Below, in pieces: positions 1 to 12,700 of a DNA stretch of 51,483 nucleotides. The stretch lies in contig JAGLMD010000020.1 of assembly GCA_023140175.1 (NCBI GenBank), positions 1-51,483 of the forward strand. Reading direction: 5' to 3'. Source of the DNA: Nanobdellota archaeon (GTDB lineage Archaea > Nanobdellota > Nanobdellia > Woesearchaeales > WJIZ01). The translations under genes and the position numbers were made by a program. The notes under the pieces are model-generated. The model worked only from the letters and a program-made list of their open reading frames with translations. It searched no databases and had not been told where the DNA came from. The first letter of the stretch is position 1, and every line of letters begins with the position of its first letter.

Positions 1-76
1 TACATATCTTATATTAATTTTTTTCTTACAGAGTATTAAAAAATACTATTTTTTCTTACAGAATAAGTAAAAAAAC

Positions 77-91
77 AAAAAAGTTTAAATA
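77..91 (+). promoter_or_regulatory. BRE/TATA-like promoter (AAAAAAGTTTAAATA) for the 148..708 gene
   Basis: A-rich BRE-like run followed by TTTAAATA at 84-91, about 55 nt upstream of the ATG at 148. It matches the archaeal BRE+TATA pattern seen repeatedly in this window. Confidence 0.45.
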
Positions 92-147
92 GGGCAAACA
101 AGCAAAACAATTCAATAATCATATTTCAGTCAAAAAAAGAGGGCAAA

Positions 148-708
148 ATGAATGATAAAAATAGAATGATACATATCAATACTGAGGAGGAAATAAACTT
201 AGTAGATTCTCTTATAAAAAGGATAATCGAAAAAAATGATGTTTCTTTCTCCTCGGTTGTTGACCTGTTGAAAAAGAGGAGGAAAGAAGATAAGGCCATA
301 ACATTTCCATCTTCCATTCTAAAGAATAGGTCATTAGGTGTCTTAGAGGCTGTGACCAAGTATCTGAAAGAAGAACTGAATCTTAGTTACCATGATATGG
401 CCTCTTTATTGAACAGGAATGACAGGCCAATCTGGATTACCTACAACAAGGCAAAGCAGAAATTTCCAGAAAGGCTCATTACAGACAGGTCATCCGTTCA
501 GATACCTATCTCCATCTTTACTGACAGAAATCTGGGTTTGCTTGAAAATCTGACTAAATATCTAAGAGAAAATCTTAATCTTAAAAACAGGGAAATTGCG
601 AAAATGTTAGACAGGGACAATAGGACTATCTGGACATGCTATGACAGAGCTATAAGAAAAGATAGGATAAAGAACAATAGCTCAAAAATCCCAAAGAAAC
701 GTAAATGA
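148..708 (+). CDS. Tandem helix-turn-helix protein (two sigma-70 region 4 / LuxR-like HTH repeats), putative transcription regulator
   Basis: 186-aa ORF. The translation shows an internal duplication: FPSSILKNRSLGVLEAVTKYLKEELNLSYHDMASLLNRNDRPIWITYNKAKQK versus IPISIFTDRNLGLLENLTKYLRENLNLKNREIAKMLDRDNRTIWTCYDRAIRK. The IAxxLxRxxRTIWTxYxRAxxK half looks like an HTH recognition unit. Family call is by pattern only. Confidence 0.45.
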   Translation: MNDKNRMIHINTEEEINLVDSLIKRIIEKNDVSFSSVVDLLKKRRKEDKAITFPSSILKNRSLGVLEAVTKYLKEELNLSYHDMASLLNRNDRPIWITYNKAKQKFPERLITDRSSVQIPISIFTDRNLGLLENLTKYLRENLNLKNREIAKMLDRDNRTIWTCYDRAIRKDRIKNNSSKIPKKRK

Positions 709-730
709 AAAATATTCAAATAGAACATAA

Positions 731-3700
731 ATGAAAGCGCATAAAAAAGAGACAAAAAGCAAGAAAGCAGTCTTATCAATAGTGTTACTTATATCCTTAC
801 TAACTATCTCAACCATAGATTTTACAGCTAAAGCTTTCGATGAAAACATCAGCAGCTCATTAAACAGCCTAAATAATAGCCCCCATATTACCTTAACAGA
901 TAATATACAAACCACAACAATCTGCTATGGAACTCCAAAATCCTGCTATAAAATTAAGCTAAAGCCTGTTTTAAAAGACAAGGATAAAGCAATTTATCAG
1001 ATATATGAAAAATATGCATATAACATTACTGAAGAAAACATAAGCAGCAGCATAGATAATGACAAAAATCTGGGTATAATAGATATCCCAGACAACACAG
1101 ATAGTCCAATTGAAGAAAATACCAATGAAGAAGACAATAATAAAGAAGATATAACAAAAGGCCAAAACCTAACTCCAGAATCAGATGAATGCTGCTCTGG
1201 CTTGAATGTTACAAATGGCCTAATACATTCAATACAAATACCTTTAACCATTAATAATATCAGCAATAATATATCAGCTTCATTAGATAAAGATACTATA
1301 GAGAATAAAACACAAGTAAGCCGCACAAAAGAAGAAAACATTACACAGCTATCTGCAGAGATTGATAAGCCGGTAAGATGGATTAAAAGAATAACAGTAG
1401 AAAATAAAGAGAATAAAACAAGAAAAGTAAATATTTCTCTGAAAATACCTATTGAAGCCAGGAATATAGCTATTGAGAGGATAGGATTACAAAAAAAGAT
1501 ACTGGCAGAAAGAAACAAAACACAAAAAAGAATTTTGCAGGCAAAAGTATCAACTGATGCATATTTTGAGATAAAAGACAAGCAAAGAAATGAAAAATTA
1601 CTAGAAATAAACGACAATATTAACAAAAGCAAGATAGATTATGAAATTATATTTGAAACAGAGCCGCCAAAAAAACAAGAGATTGAAAAAGGAAATGGTG
1701 TAAAACAAGTAAGAGTCTATTCAAATTCTTCCTTACATTATAAAGATGTCAAAGCATCCTCTACAATACCAGAGCACCATATAACCCCCAAAATATACCA
1801 TATCATAAACAACAATAAAATAGATGTCACAAACAACCCTGACTATGATGTAAAATATATAGATACTAATAATAATAGCTTATCTGACAGGATAGAATGG
1901 ATTGTCCCGCAGCTTTCTGAACAATTGTTTGAAATTGGCTTAGCAGCTATAAACACAAAAAAATCAATATACCATCCGAATGAAACAGCAGAAATCATAA
2001 TAGTTGTCCTGGATAATAGTGGAAAACTGGTTAGTGATGCAGATGTCACAACAGAGATCACAAACCCGGATAATACAAAATACCTCTACTCAACAAGACT
2101 GGGATCTATAATAGAAACAAAAAAAGGAATATATGAACTGAATTACTCAAACACAAGACTAGAAGGTAATTATTCAATGGCTGTCTATGCCATTGGAGAT
2201 AATGTAAATAACACAATGCTTTCTTATTTCACAGTAAAAGAATATTACGAGTTTGATATTCTAAGGCAGACACCCATAACAACAGATCCCTGGCAGGGAG
2301 AATTTACATCTTCAATAAGGATTATCTCATTTACTAATACAACAAGTTTTGATTTTAGTGAGATATTACCTATAGATTTTGTAATAATAGATAAAGGAGG
2401 ATCAACCGAATCAATAGTAAACAATAAAAAGATATTAATCTGGCAGAATCTGAAAAATGATTCTATTATCAGCTACTCTGTCTTGCCCCTTTTAATTAGT
2501 CCGGCTCTTTATGAAATAGGCCAATCACAAATTCATTATGGCTCAAAAACATTTACAGAATCAAGGCCCTGGTATTTAGCAGTTGATCCCTCTCCCGAAA
2601 CACTTTATATGGAAAGCGGACAATGGAGTCCGCCAACAGGAAGCACCCTGACAGACACTGAGCTTGGTGATTTGAATGATAGTGATGCAAACGGCCTATA
2701 TTTAGATGCAAATGGAGTAGATGATTTTGGTGGAACAATCCAGAACACAAAGCCAGTAGTGCAGATAGACACAATAAGCCAGGTACATATTATTGTAGAC
2801 TGGGTAAATCTTGGAATTGACTCAGGTGAATTAACTATACAGGGCAGAGATAGTACTTCTGGTGGAACACTATGGTGCAGTGGAACAGATAGCGGAAGTT
2901 CTCCAACAACAATTGACTGCGATGCATCTCATCCTTTTAGTGCAGCAGACTTAGACAACCTTTATGTGTGGGTAATTAATACAGGCACAGGAAATGATGA
3001 TGCAAGAATAACTTATCTAAGAGTAGAAGTTGTATATACAGAAATAGACAATCCTCCAATTTGGTCAGATAACCAGTCAAATATAACTGCTATTTATTCT
3101 CCCACATCAGCAAGTGAGTTTAATATCACATGGAATGATACATTTGGAGTTGATACTGCCTGGTTTGAAAGTAATTATTCTGGCTCAGCAATTAACTATA
3201 GCATGAATGGAATCAGTGGAAACCAGTATAAGGATGTATATAATTATTCTGCTGTTCTGCCAGCCGGCACTTATTATTGGATGTCTCATGCTAATGATAC
3301 AGCAAAACAGTGGAATAATACAGACAAATTTCTATTTACTATCGCAAGAGCAACTCCTTTATTAAACCTGACTATAAATGGCTCTAATAATAATTTAACA
3401 ATGCCGGAAGATAATTCAATATTGCTTAACGGAACAATAATAAGTGGAGATAATCAAAATCTACAGATGTATCTAAATGGCACATTAATCAACAATAACA
3501 CATCTCCAATATCCAACAATACTTTATTCTCTAATCCTGGTTATTATAACATGACTTTAATTTATGAACAAAGCAAGAATTACACAGGTACGTTTGTGAC
3601 AAATTATGTAAATGTTACCGATGCCACCCCTCCAAATATAACACTGGTTGGTCCTGAAAACAACAGCTTCACAAATAATGCAAATGTTACTTTCTTCTTT

Positions 3701-6700
3701 AATGTTTCTGACTATTCGGAGATTGCAAATTGTACCCTGGACCTAAAAGGAGGTGCATTGACAAAAAATAAAAGTGCTATTGATAGAACAATAATTAATA
3801 ATATTAGTATAGGAGATGAATTGCCGGCAACCTCATTAAATTGGACTATAGAGTGCATAGATCTCTCACCAGATAGATTAATAAGCTATTCAGAAGCCTG
3901 GATAGTAACGATTGATATTACAATCCCAAGCGCAAACTACATAAGACCAAAAACACCATATAACAACGAGTACTTAAATGATTCAATTATAACAATTAAC
4001 GTATCGCATTCAGACGATTATCCTGACACAATATGGCTATATCTAAATGATACTATAAATCAAACTAGATCATATTCCGGCAGTTACACTAATTTTACTC
4101 TCAATCTAAGTGACGGTGCATGGAGATTCAATGTCACTTTAAATGATTCAGCTGGCAATACCAGAAACCTATCAACAGTCAATATTATAGTTGACACAGA
4201 AAAGCCAACTATAGATTTCATAGGCCCTACACCTGATAACAATACCAACCAAAGCTCCACAGATATAACAATTAATGTGACCCATATCGAAACCAATCCG
4301 CATACTATATCACTTTATTTAAATGGAATCATGAATCAAAGCAAATCTTATACTGGTCCATATACTAATTTTTCTTTAAATAATCTAAATGATGGTGTTT
4401 ATACATACTATGTATGGCTAAATGACTCTGCTGGTAACACCAATCAAACTAAAGTACAAACAATCAAGATCGATAGCACCCCTCCAAATTTATTTTTAAT
4501 ATCCCCGCAAAATAATATATGGGTAAATAATGCAACAAACACTGTTTTATTTGAATATAATGTGACAGATGAAACATCAGAAATTTCAGAATGCAGCTTA
4601 AAAATAAATCTGAGCAGCAATATTAGCAACGGAGATCTTAGTGGAAGTTATGATAGTACCGGAGGAAATTATACAAACTTAACTTATGACGATGATTCTT
4701 ATTGGTATATGGGGAGTGATGCACCTTTCGCAGTAATAGATGCTTTTAGCAGCATAGTCTTTAATCTAAGTTCGTTAATAATAAATGAGAACGATGTTTC
4801 TGGCTTAAATATTTCTTTAACATATTGTCATAGCAGAGAAACTATTTGTGACGGGAATAATGCAACTGGGAATGCAGAAATCGACCAAAATGTTTCATTT
4901 TACAATTATTCTTCTGGAAAATGGATAACTTTAGGGCATCTTAATTTTGGTAATGGGGGGAATGAAACTAATTCATCTTATTCTGCAAAAGGAGCTATGA
5001 GTGATTTTATCAATGACAGCAGTAATGAAGTTAAGGCTAGATTTAGAGTGCAGTTTGCAAATCTAAATCCGGGTTCTGCCAGCTTCCTGGTCATGGACTT
5101 TGTTAGATTTGATGTTACACTCGGAAACATAAGTATGGATGTATCAGAAGGCATAACTCAGAATTTCAGTTTTACATTAAAAAGCGGCTATTATAATTGG
5201 AAAATCACTTGTCTGGATGAATTAAACCATGAAAACAGTTCAGAAAACAAGCTAATAAAATCCGATTTAACTTTCCCGGCAATAACTAATATGAATGCAA
5301 ATCAGACTAATATTACAGTCAATTCATACATATGCTTAAATGTCACAGTCAGCGATACTTTTTCTGATGTAAATACAACATGGGCAAAGATTAGAGACCC
5401 GGACAACCTTGAATTGAATGTATTCCTATATGATAATCATACAACCTCTTGCGACAGCCAAATTAATGATGGTACCTACTCCAGAGAATGGGAAGTCACA
5501 AAACAGGGCCTGTATAATTGGACAATAACATATGCAAACGATACTGCTGGCAATCTAAATTCTTCAGCCACAAACCTGGTATGGAATAGTACTTCAACAG
5601 GCAGCTTAAATGTGAATCTCTTAGCACCGGCAGCTAATATTAAAATAAATGAATCTGAACCAATAATCAACTATACATACAACCATATTTGCTATGTAGA
5701 GTGTATCAGCTCATCAGATAATTGCACTGATGTAAACATATATGCACAATATAACTTTAGCGGAATTAGTGATATATCTACCTCATCAACATATTTAGTA
5801 AACCTTGAAGACTCTTATTCATGCAGTAATTTATCTCCGGGCCAGGAATGCAATCACACATTCACAATAAGAAGCGACTATACTGGTGGAGCTACTATAT
5901 GGAACATATTGTGTAAAGCATCTTCTGCTAACTTTGGAGATTATTCCTCTACTAATAGCATCAATATAACAATCAACGATCATCCCATTGCACAATTTAG
6001 TTTTCCAACCAATGGAACATGGCTCAATAACATAGAGACATTGAATGCATCATCATCAACCGATGATTCAAACATAACAAAATACATCTTTGAAATAGAC
6101 AATAATACTAATTTTGATAGTTCTGCAATCTTATGCAATAGTGCAGATATAAACTGCACATTTAACACCTCAAGCCAATCAGAATGTGATGAAGATACAT
6201 TTAATTGTTATATCAGATTAAACGTGACTGACTCTGATGGCCTGGAGAACAGTACTTATATCTCCATTCAGATTGACAATACAAAACCAAGAGCAAGCCT
6301 AAATTCACCTTTAAACAATACCTGGGACAGTGATGGAACCATAGATTTCACATACACACCATATGACACCAACATACATACATGTATCTTATATCATAAT
6401 GCTTCAGGCTTATTTATTGCAAATAAAACCAATAACACAGTTGTAAATGGCACTCAAGATGTATTCTCAATCAATTTAAGTGATGGAAATTATATATGGA
6501 ATATATGGTGTAATGATAGTGCAGGTAACTCTGCTTTCAATAATACGAATTACAGCATAAATGTAGATACAACATATCCAAAAATAAACTTTGCTGGGGG
6601 AACAGCAGATAACAATTCATATTTTAACAGAGACTGGATATATGTTAACATAACAGCAAATGATGATAACGAAGCAAACATTACATTCTACCTATTTAAC

Positions 6701-9700
6701 TCCAGCAAAGAAGAGATTAATGTGACTACATTACCAGCAGGTACTAGGGGTGTTAATTTCACTGAATTAAGAGATACCAATGAAGTATATTATTACAATG
6801 TTACAATAGAAGACTATGCCAATAATAAGAACAGTACAGAAACAAGAAAAATCACATTAGACACCAAATACCCTTCTATAGATTTTGCCGGAGGAACAGC
6901 AGGCAATGATTCATATTTTAACAGAGATTGGATTTATGTTAATGTATCAATCATGGATGATAACACAAACATAACTATATTCTATCTATATAATTCAAGC
7001 TCTAACTTGATAAACAGCACCAACTTTACAGATGGCACAACCTACATAAACTTTACAGGATTGACAGACACTAATGAAGTGTATTATTATAATGTTACTC
7101 ATATAGATAAAGCGGGTTTTGAGAATTCAACTGAAACTAGAAATATTACCCTAGATTCCATAAATCCATTAATAGGGCTAAACGAGCCAGACAATAATAC
7201 CTTAACAAATAATAACAATCTACAATTCAATTATACTCCAGTAGATACTTACCTAAAGAATTGCTCTTTATGGGGAAATTTTTCAGGCAATTGGCAATTA
7301 AATCAAACAAACACAAGTCCAACAAATGGTTCTAAAAACAGCTTTAACTCAATAACACTAGAAGATGGAAGCTACGTCTGGAATGTTGAATGTTATGATA
7401 AAGCAGGAAACAGTGCCTTTAATAGCAGTAATTATACTCTAGAGATTGATACAACCCCCCCTGCGCAGTTTAATTTAGTTTATCCTCCAAACAATACATA
7501 TTCAACTGACACAACTCCTTTCTTCAACTGGTCAGAGCCAAGTGAAAGTAATTTCGATAATTATACAATAATATTCGACGATAATAGTGACTTTAGTTCT
7601 CCTGACAAAAATTACAGTACTATTGGAAATATCTCTAACTCAAGCTTCACTATTCCCCCCTATAATTCTCTCGATAATAACACAATATATTATTGGAAAG
7701 TTATAGCATATGATACATTAGGATATAGCAAAGACTCAACCCAGGTATTTATTTACGGGACAGATAATATTTTGCCTATTATCAATTTAGAAAGCCCGCA
7801 AAATAACTCAGAAGAAGCAGCTAGTTCAATTATAAATTTCCAGTTTAATGTTACAGACGCAAATGATATCTCAAATTGTTCGCTTGTGATAAACGGCGCT
7901 ATTGATCCAGATGACATAACATCAAATCCGACAAGAAACACAACAATTACTATAAGCAGAGTGCTAAGTAACGGTTTTTATAATTGGAGCATCAACTGTA
8001 CAGATATTGCAGGAAACACAAATAAGTCAAAAACAAGAAACCTATCAATAAATGTTCAAATCCCGGGAGAGATATTCTTTGAAACATATTCTTCTAATGC
8101 CGCCTCAATTTATTTGAACAGGACAGAAGAAGGCACAGGATACTCAAACTCAGCTACATGTCGTAGAGATCAATCAATTGAAGTGATTGAAGCAGTCACA
8201 ACTCAAGGCATAGGAAAAAATGGGTTCCTGATAAAGGGTTTGCAGCCAATAAACTTTACAGGCCATTTCGTAAATGACAAAGCACCAATCATCACATGGA
8301 GACTATATCATGATTATGACAACGGAAGCGGGTGGGTACAACTAGCACAAGACGGCAATGACGCTAGTGGAGGAACAGGAACTGATGTGAACGACATTGC
8401 CTCTAGTGTAAAAAATTCCACACCAGCAGGAGATATATACCTAAATAGCAGCGGCAGATTAAGGTTAACTGCAAATATCTGGTATACTACTGGAGGAACC
8501 TCATATACATGCTACCATTACTATGATAATGGAAATTCTTTTGTGAAGTTGTTCGGTTATGTATTGGGATTTTTAGATGCTAATATAAGCAGCCCCCTGG
8601 CAGACCCAGAACTGATAGAAGGCTCTAATTTCAATGTTTCATGCGATATCAGATGTGATGATGGCTGGTGCATGAATACAAAAGTCTATGTTCAATATAA
8701 AACACCATCAACATCATGGACTGATATTAGCACAACCGGAAACTTAGTTCTTGCTGATGGTGAAACAAACCCCCAAGTTATCGGAGATATTAATCTGACT
8801 CAAAAAATAAACTTCAGCATTAAAGCCAATACCATATCAAGAAATAATGCAATAAGGTGCAGAGCTGAATCCACATATTCGAATTCAACCGGAGCAGTAA
8901 ACACTACTATAACTATAAGAGATGCAACATACCCAACAGTTTCATTAAATAACCCCCAAAATAATAGCTGGGAAAGTGATGGAAATGTAACATTCTATTA
9001 TACACCAGACGATAATCATAATGTTTCTAATTGCTCTTTAATCATTAATAATAAAATAAATCAGACAAATACAACTATCCAAAACCATGGTTCAAATAAT
9101 TTCACATTAACTAGCCTAAATGAAGGAAGTTATAATTGGAGTATTAATTGTACAGACTCATTTGATAACACTAATAGTTCAGAAACATGGATATTTAATA
9201 TTGACACTACTTATCCTAAGATTTTTTTCGGTAATGGCACAGAAGACAATAACACATATTTTAACAGGGATTGGATTTATGTTAATGTATCAATCATAGA
9301 TGATAATACAAACATAACTATATTCTATCTATATAATTCAAGCTTTAATCTGATAAACAGCACCAATTTTACAGATGGCACAACTTACATAAACTTTACA
9401 GGATTGACAGATATTAATGAAGAGTATTATTATAATGTTACCCATATAGATAAAGCAGGGAATATTAATACAACTGAAACAAGGAAAATAACTCTTGACA
9501 CAAATAATCCAGAAATTGACTTTGCCGGGGAAACAGAAGATAACAATTCGTACTTTAACAGAGACTGGATATACATCAACATAAGTGCCAGTGATGATAA
9601 CGAAGCAAACATTACATTCTACCTATTTAACTCCAGCAAAGAAGAGATTAATGTGACAACATTACCAGCAGGCACTAGAAGCGTTAATTTCACTGAATTG

Positions 9701-12700
9701 ACTGATACCAATGAAGTGTATTATTATAATGTTACAATTATTGACAAGGCTAATAATATTAACTCGACAGAAACAAGAAAAATCACATTAGATACTAAAT
9801 ACCCATCTATAGATTTTGCCGGAGGAACAGCAGACAACAACACATACTTTAACAGGGATTGGGTTTATGTTAATGTCTCTATTACAGATGATAACACAAA
9901 TATAACTATATTCTATCTATATAATTCAAGCTTTAATCTGATAAACAGCACCAATTTTACAGACGGAACAACCCATATAAACTTTACAGGATTGACAGAT
10001 ACTAATGAAGTGTATTATTATAATGTTACAATTTTTGATAAGGCAAATAATATTAATTCCACTATAACCAGAAAGATTACTTTAGATGATACTAATCCAA
10101 GAGCAAGCTTAAATTCACCTTTAAACAACACATGGGACAGTGATGGAACAATAGATTTCACTTATACACCATATGACACTAACATACATACATGTATCTT
10201 ATATCATAATGCTTCCAGCTTATTTATTGCAAATGAGACTAATGATACAGTTATTACCAGCACTCAAGATGTATTCTCAATCAGTTTAAGCGACGGAAAT
10301 TATGTGTGGAATATATGGTGTAATGATAGTGCAGGTAACTCTGCTTTCAATAATACGAATTACAGCATAAATGTAGACACAACATACCCGGAAATTGACT
10401 TTGCCGGCGGAACAGCAGACAATGATTCATACTTCAACAGGGGCTGGATATACATTAATGTAACAGCAGATGATGATAACGAAGCAAACATTACATTCTA
10501 TCTATTTAACTCCAGCAAAGAAGAGATTAATGTGACAACATTACCAGCAGGCACTAGAAGCGTTAATTTCACTGAATTGACTGATACCAATGAAGTGTAT
10601 TATTATAATGTTACAATAGAAGACTATGCCAATAATAAGAACAGTACAGAAACAAGAAAAATCACATTAGATACAAGTAATCCGCAAATTGGCTTTGCTG
10701 GAGGAACAGCAGACAACAATTCATACTTCAATAGAAACTGGATATATGTCAATGTATCAATCATAGATGATAACACAAATATAACTATATTCTATCTATA
10801 TAATTCAAGCTTTAATCTGATAAACAGCACTAATTTTACAGATGGCACAACTTACATAAACTTTACAGGATTGACAGACACTAATGAAGTGTATTATTAT
10901 AATGTTACAATTTTTGATAAAGCAAATAATATTAATTCTACTGTAACCAGAAAGATTACTTTAGACACAACTTACCCAGCTATAGAATTTACAGACCCAA
11001 CACAACCTAACAACACCAACCAAAGCTCGGTAAATATAATAATTAATGTAACTCACACAGAAGAGAATCCTAATACAATCATATTATATGTAAACGAAAG
11101 CCATAACCAAAGCAGGCAATACTCTGGCACTTATACAAATTTCACTTTGACTAATTTAAATGACGGAACATATACTTACTATGTATGGCTGAATGACTCT
11201 GCCGCTAATACAAACAGAACAGAAACAAGAACAATAACAATAGATACAACCCCCCCAGTTATTAACCTAATAAATCCTGAAAATAATACATGGAGAAATA
11301 ATGAAAGTAAGCAGGTCTTATTTGAATATAATGCCTCAGATAGTTTATTGGAAATTGCTAATTGCTCATTGATATTAAACAATCAAATAAATCAAACAAA
11401 TTATACATTGCAAAAGGATAAAACACTGAATTTCACAGAATCTCTGGCTAATGGCAATCATACTTGGAGCATAAATTGCTCTGATACTGTTGGTAATATA
11501 AATAATTCAGAACAATGGCTAATAAAAGTAGATTTGACATTCCCAAGAATCGCGAACATAAATGTAAATGTTACTAATGCATCTACAACAACATATATTT
11601 GCTTAAATGCAACAATAACAGACACAGGCTCTGGTGTAAATTGGACTAAAGTATATATTCTGCCCCCAAGTGGAAAAAGTGAACCAGTATTCCTGTACAA
11701 CAATATAACCACATCCTGCGACCAGAGTGATACAGATAATGTTTATTCTGCAGAGTACAGGCTTGCAGAAGTAGGAGAATATAACTGGACAACAATAGAA
11801 GCAAATGATACTGCAGGCAACCTAAATTCTACAGTTGTCGGATTAATCTGGGACAGTACAACAATAGGTACAATGACAGTGAATATGACTTCTCCAACAA
11901 CAAACTTGGAAATAAATGAATCAGACCAGGGAATTAATTATACATATAACCAGACATGTGCAGTCATTTGTGATGACACTCCCCAAAATTGCACAAACGT
12001 TTATTTATATGCACAATACAATCTAAGTGGAGCAGCTGATATTACTAATACAACCAAATACTTAGAAAATTATGCTGATAATTACTTCTGTGGAAATCTT
12101 ACAGCAGGCAATACAACCCCATGCAGCTATACATTTACTATACGCTCCACATTAGATGGTGGTGCAAGGTTATGGAATGTCTGGTGCAGGGCAGACTCTG
12201 ATCTAGTTGGCAGCTATCTTTCAGATGAAAATGTAAATATAAGCGTGAATGATCATCCAACAGCAGCAATCACCTATCCAGCTAATGCCGCTTGGCTGCA
12301 CAGCATTGAAAGACTAAATGCAGCTGCTAGCTCTGATGACCAAAGTATAATAAATTATACTTTCTTTTTAGATAATAATTCTAATTTCTCCTCTCCTTCA
12401 TTAATTTGCTCATCCAGCCAGGAAAACTGCAGTTTTGATACATTAACACAAACTCAATGCGCAAATAATAGCATGAGTTGTTATTTACAGCTAAATGTGA
12501 CAGATTCTGATGGACTGAAAAACAGCACATATATTACAATAGCAATAGACAATGATGGCCCAGCAGCAGCATTAGATATGCCGTCAAACTGGACTAATAT
12601 TACAGCCAATTCTTACAAGCTAAATGCTACAATAAATGATACTGGCATTGGTGTAAATGTGACTATTTTCTTATACAGAGAGAATGATACAGAGACATGG

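Noticed and set aside
997-1632. 211-aa minus-strand ORF, and the many other 60-115-aa antisense ORFs inside the giant gene and other large genes (e.g. 17750-18277, 29880-30293, 32024-32371, 34695-35036, 36534-36941, 41710-42045, 46493-46795, 46565-46891)
   Set aside because: All lie antisense or out of frame within much longer, motif-supported ORFs. Their hydrophobic, low-complexity translations are what the antisense of AT-rich, N/K/I/T-rich coding sequence produces. They have no independent promoter or motif support.
6566-10963. Regularly spaced near-identical repeats that could be mistaken for a CRISPR array
   Set aside because: The units are 294 bp, lie directly adjacent or in frame within a continuous ORF, and encode protein modules. 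There is no short repeat/unique spacer alternation and no cas genes.
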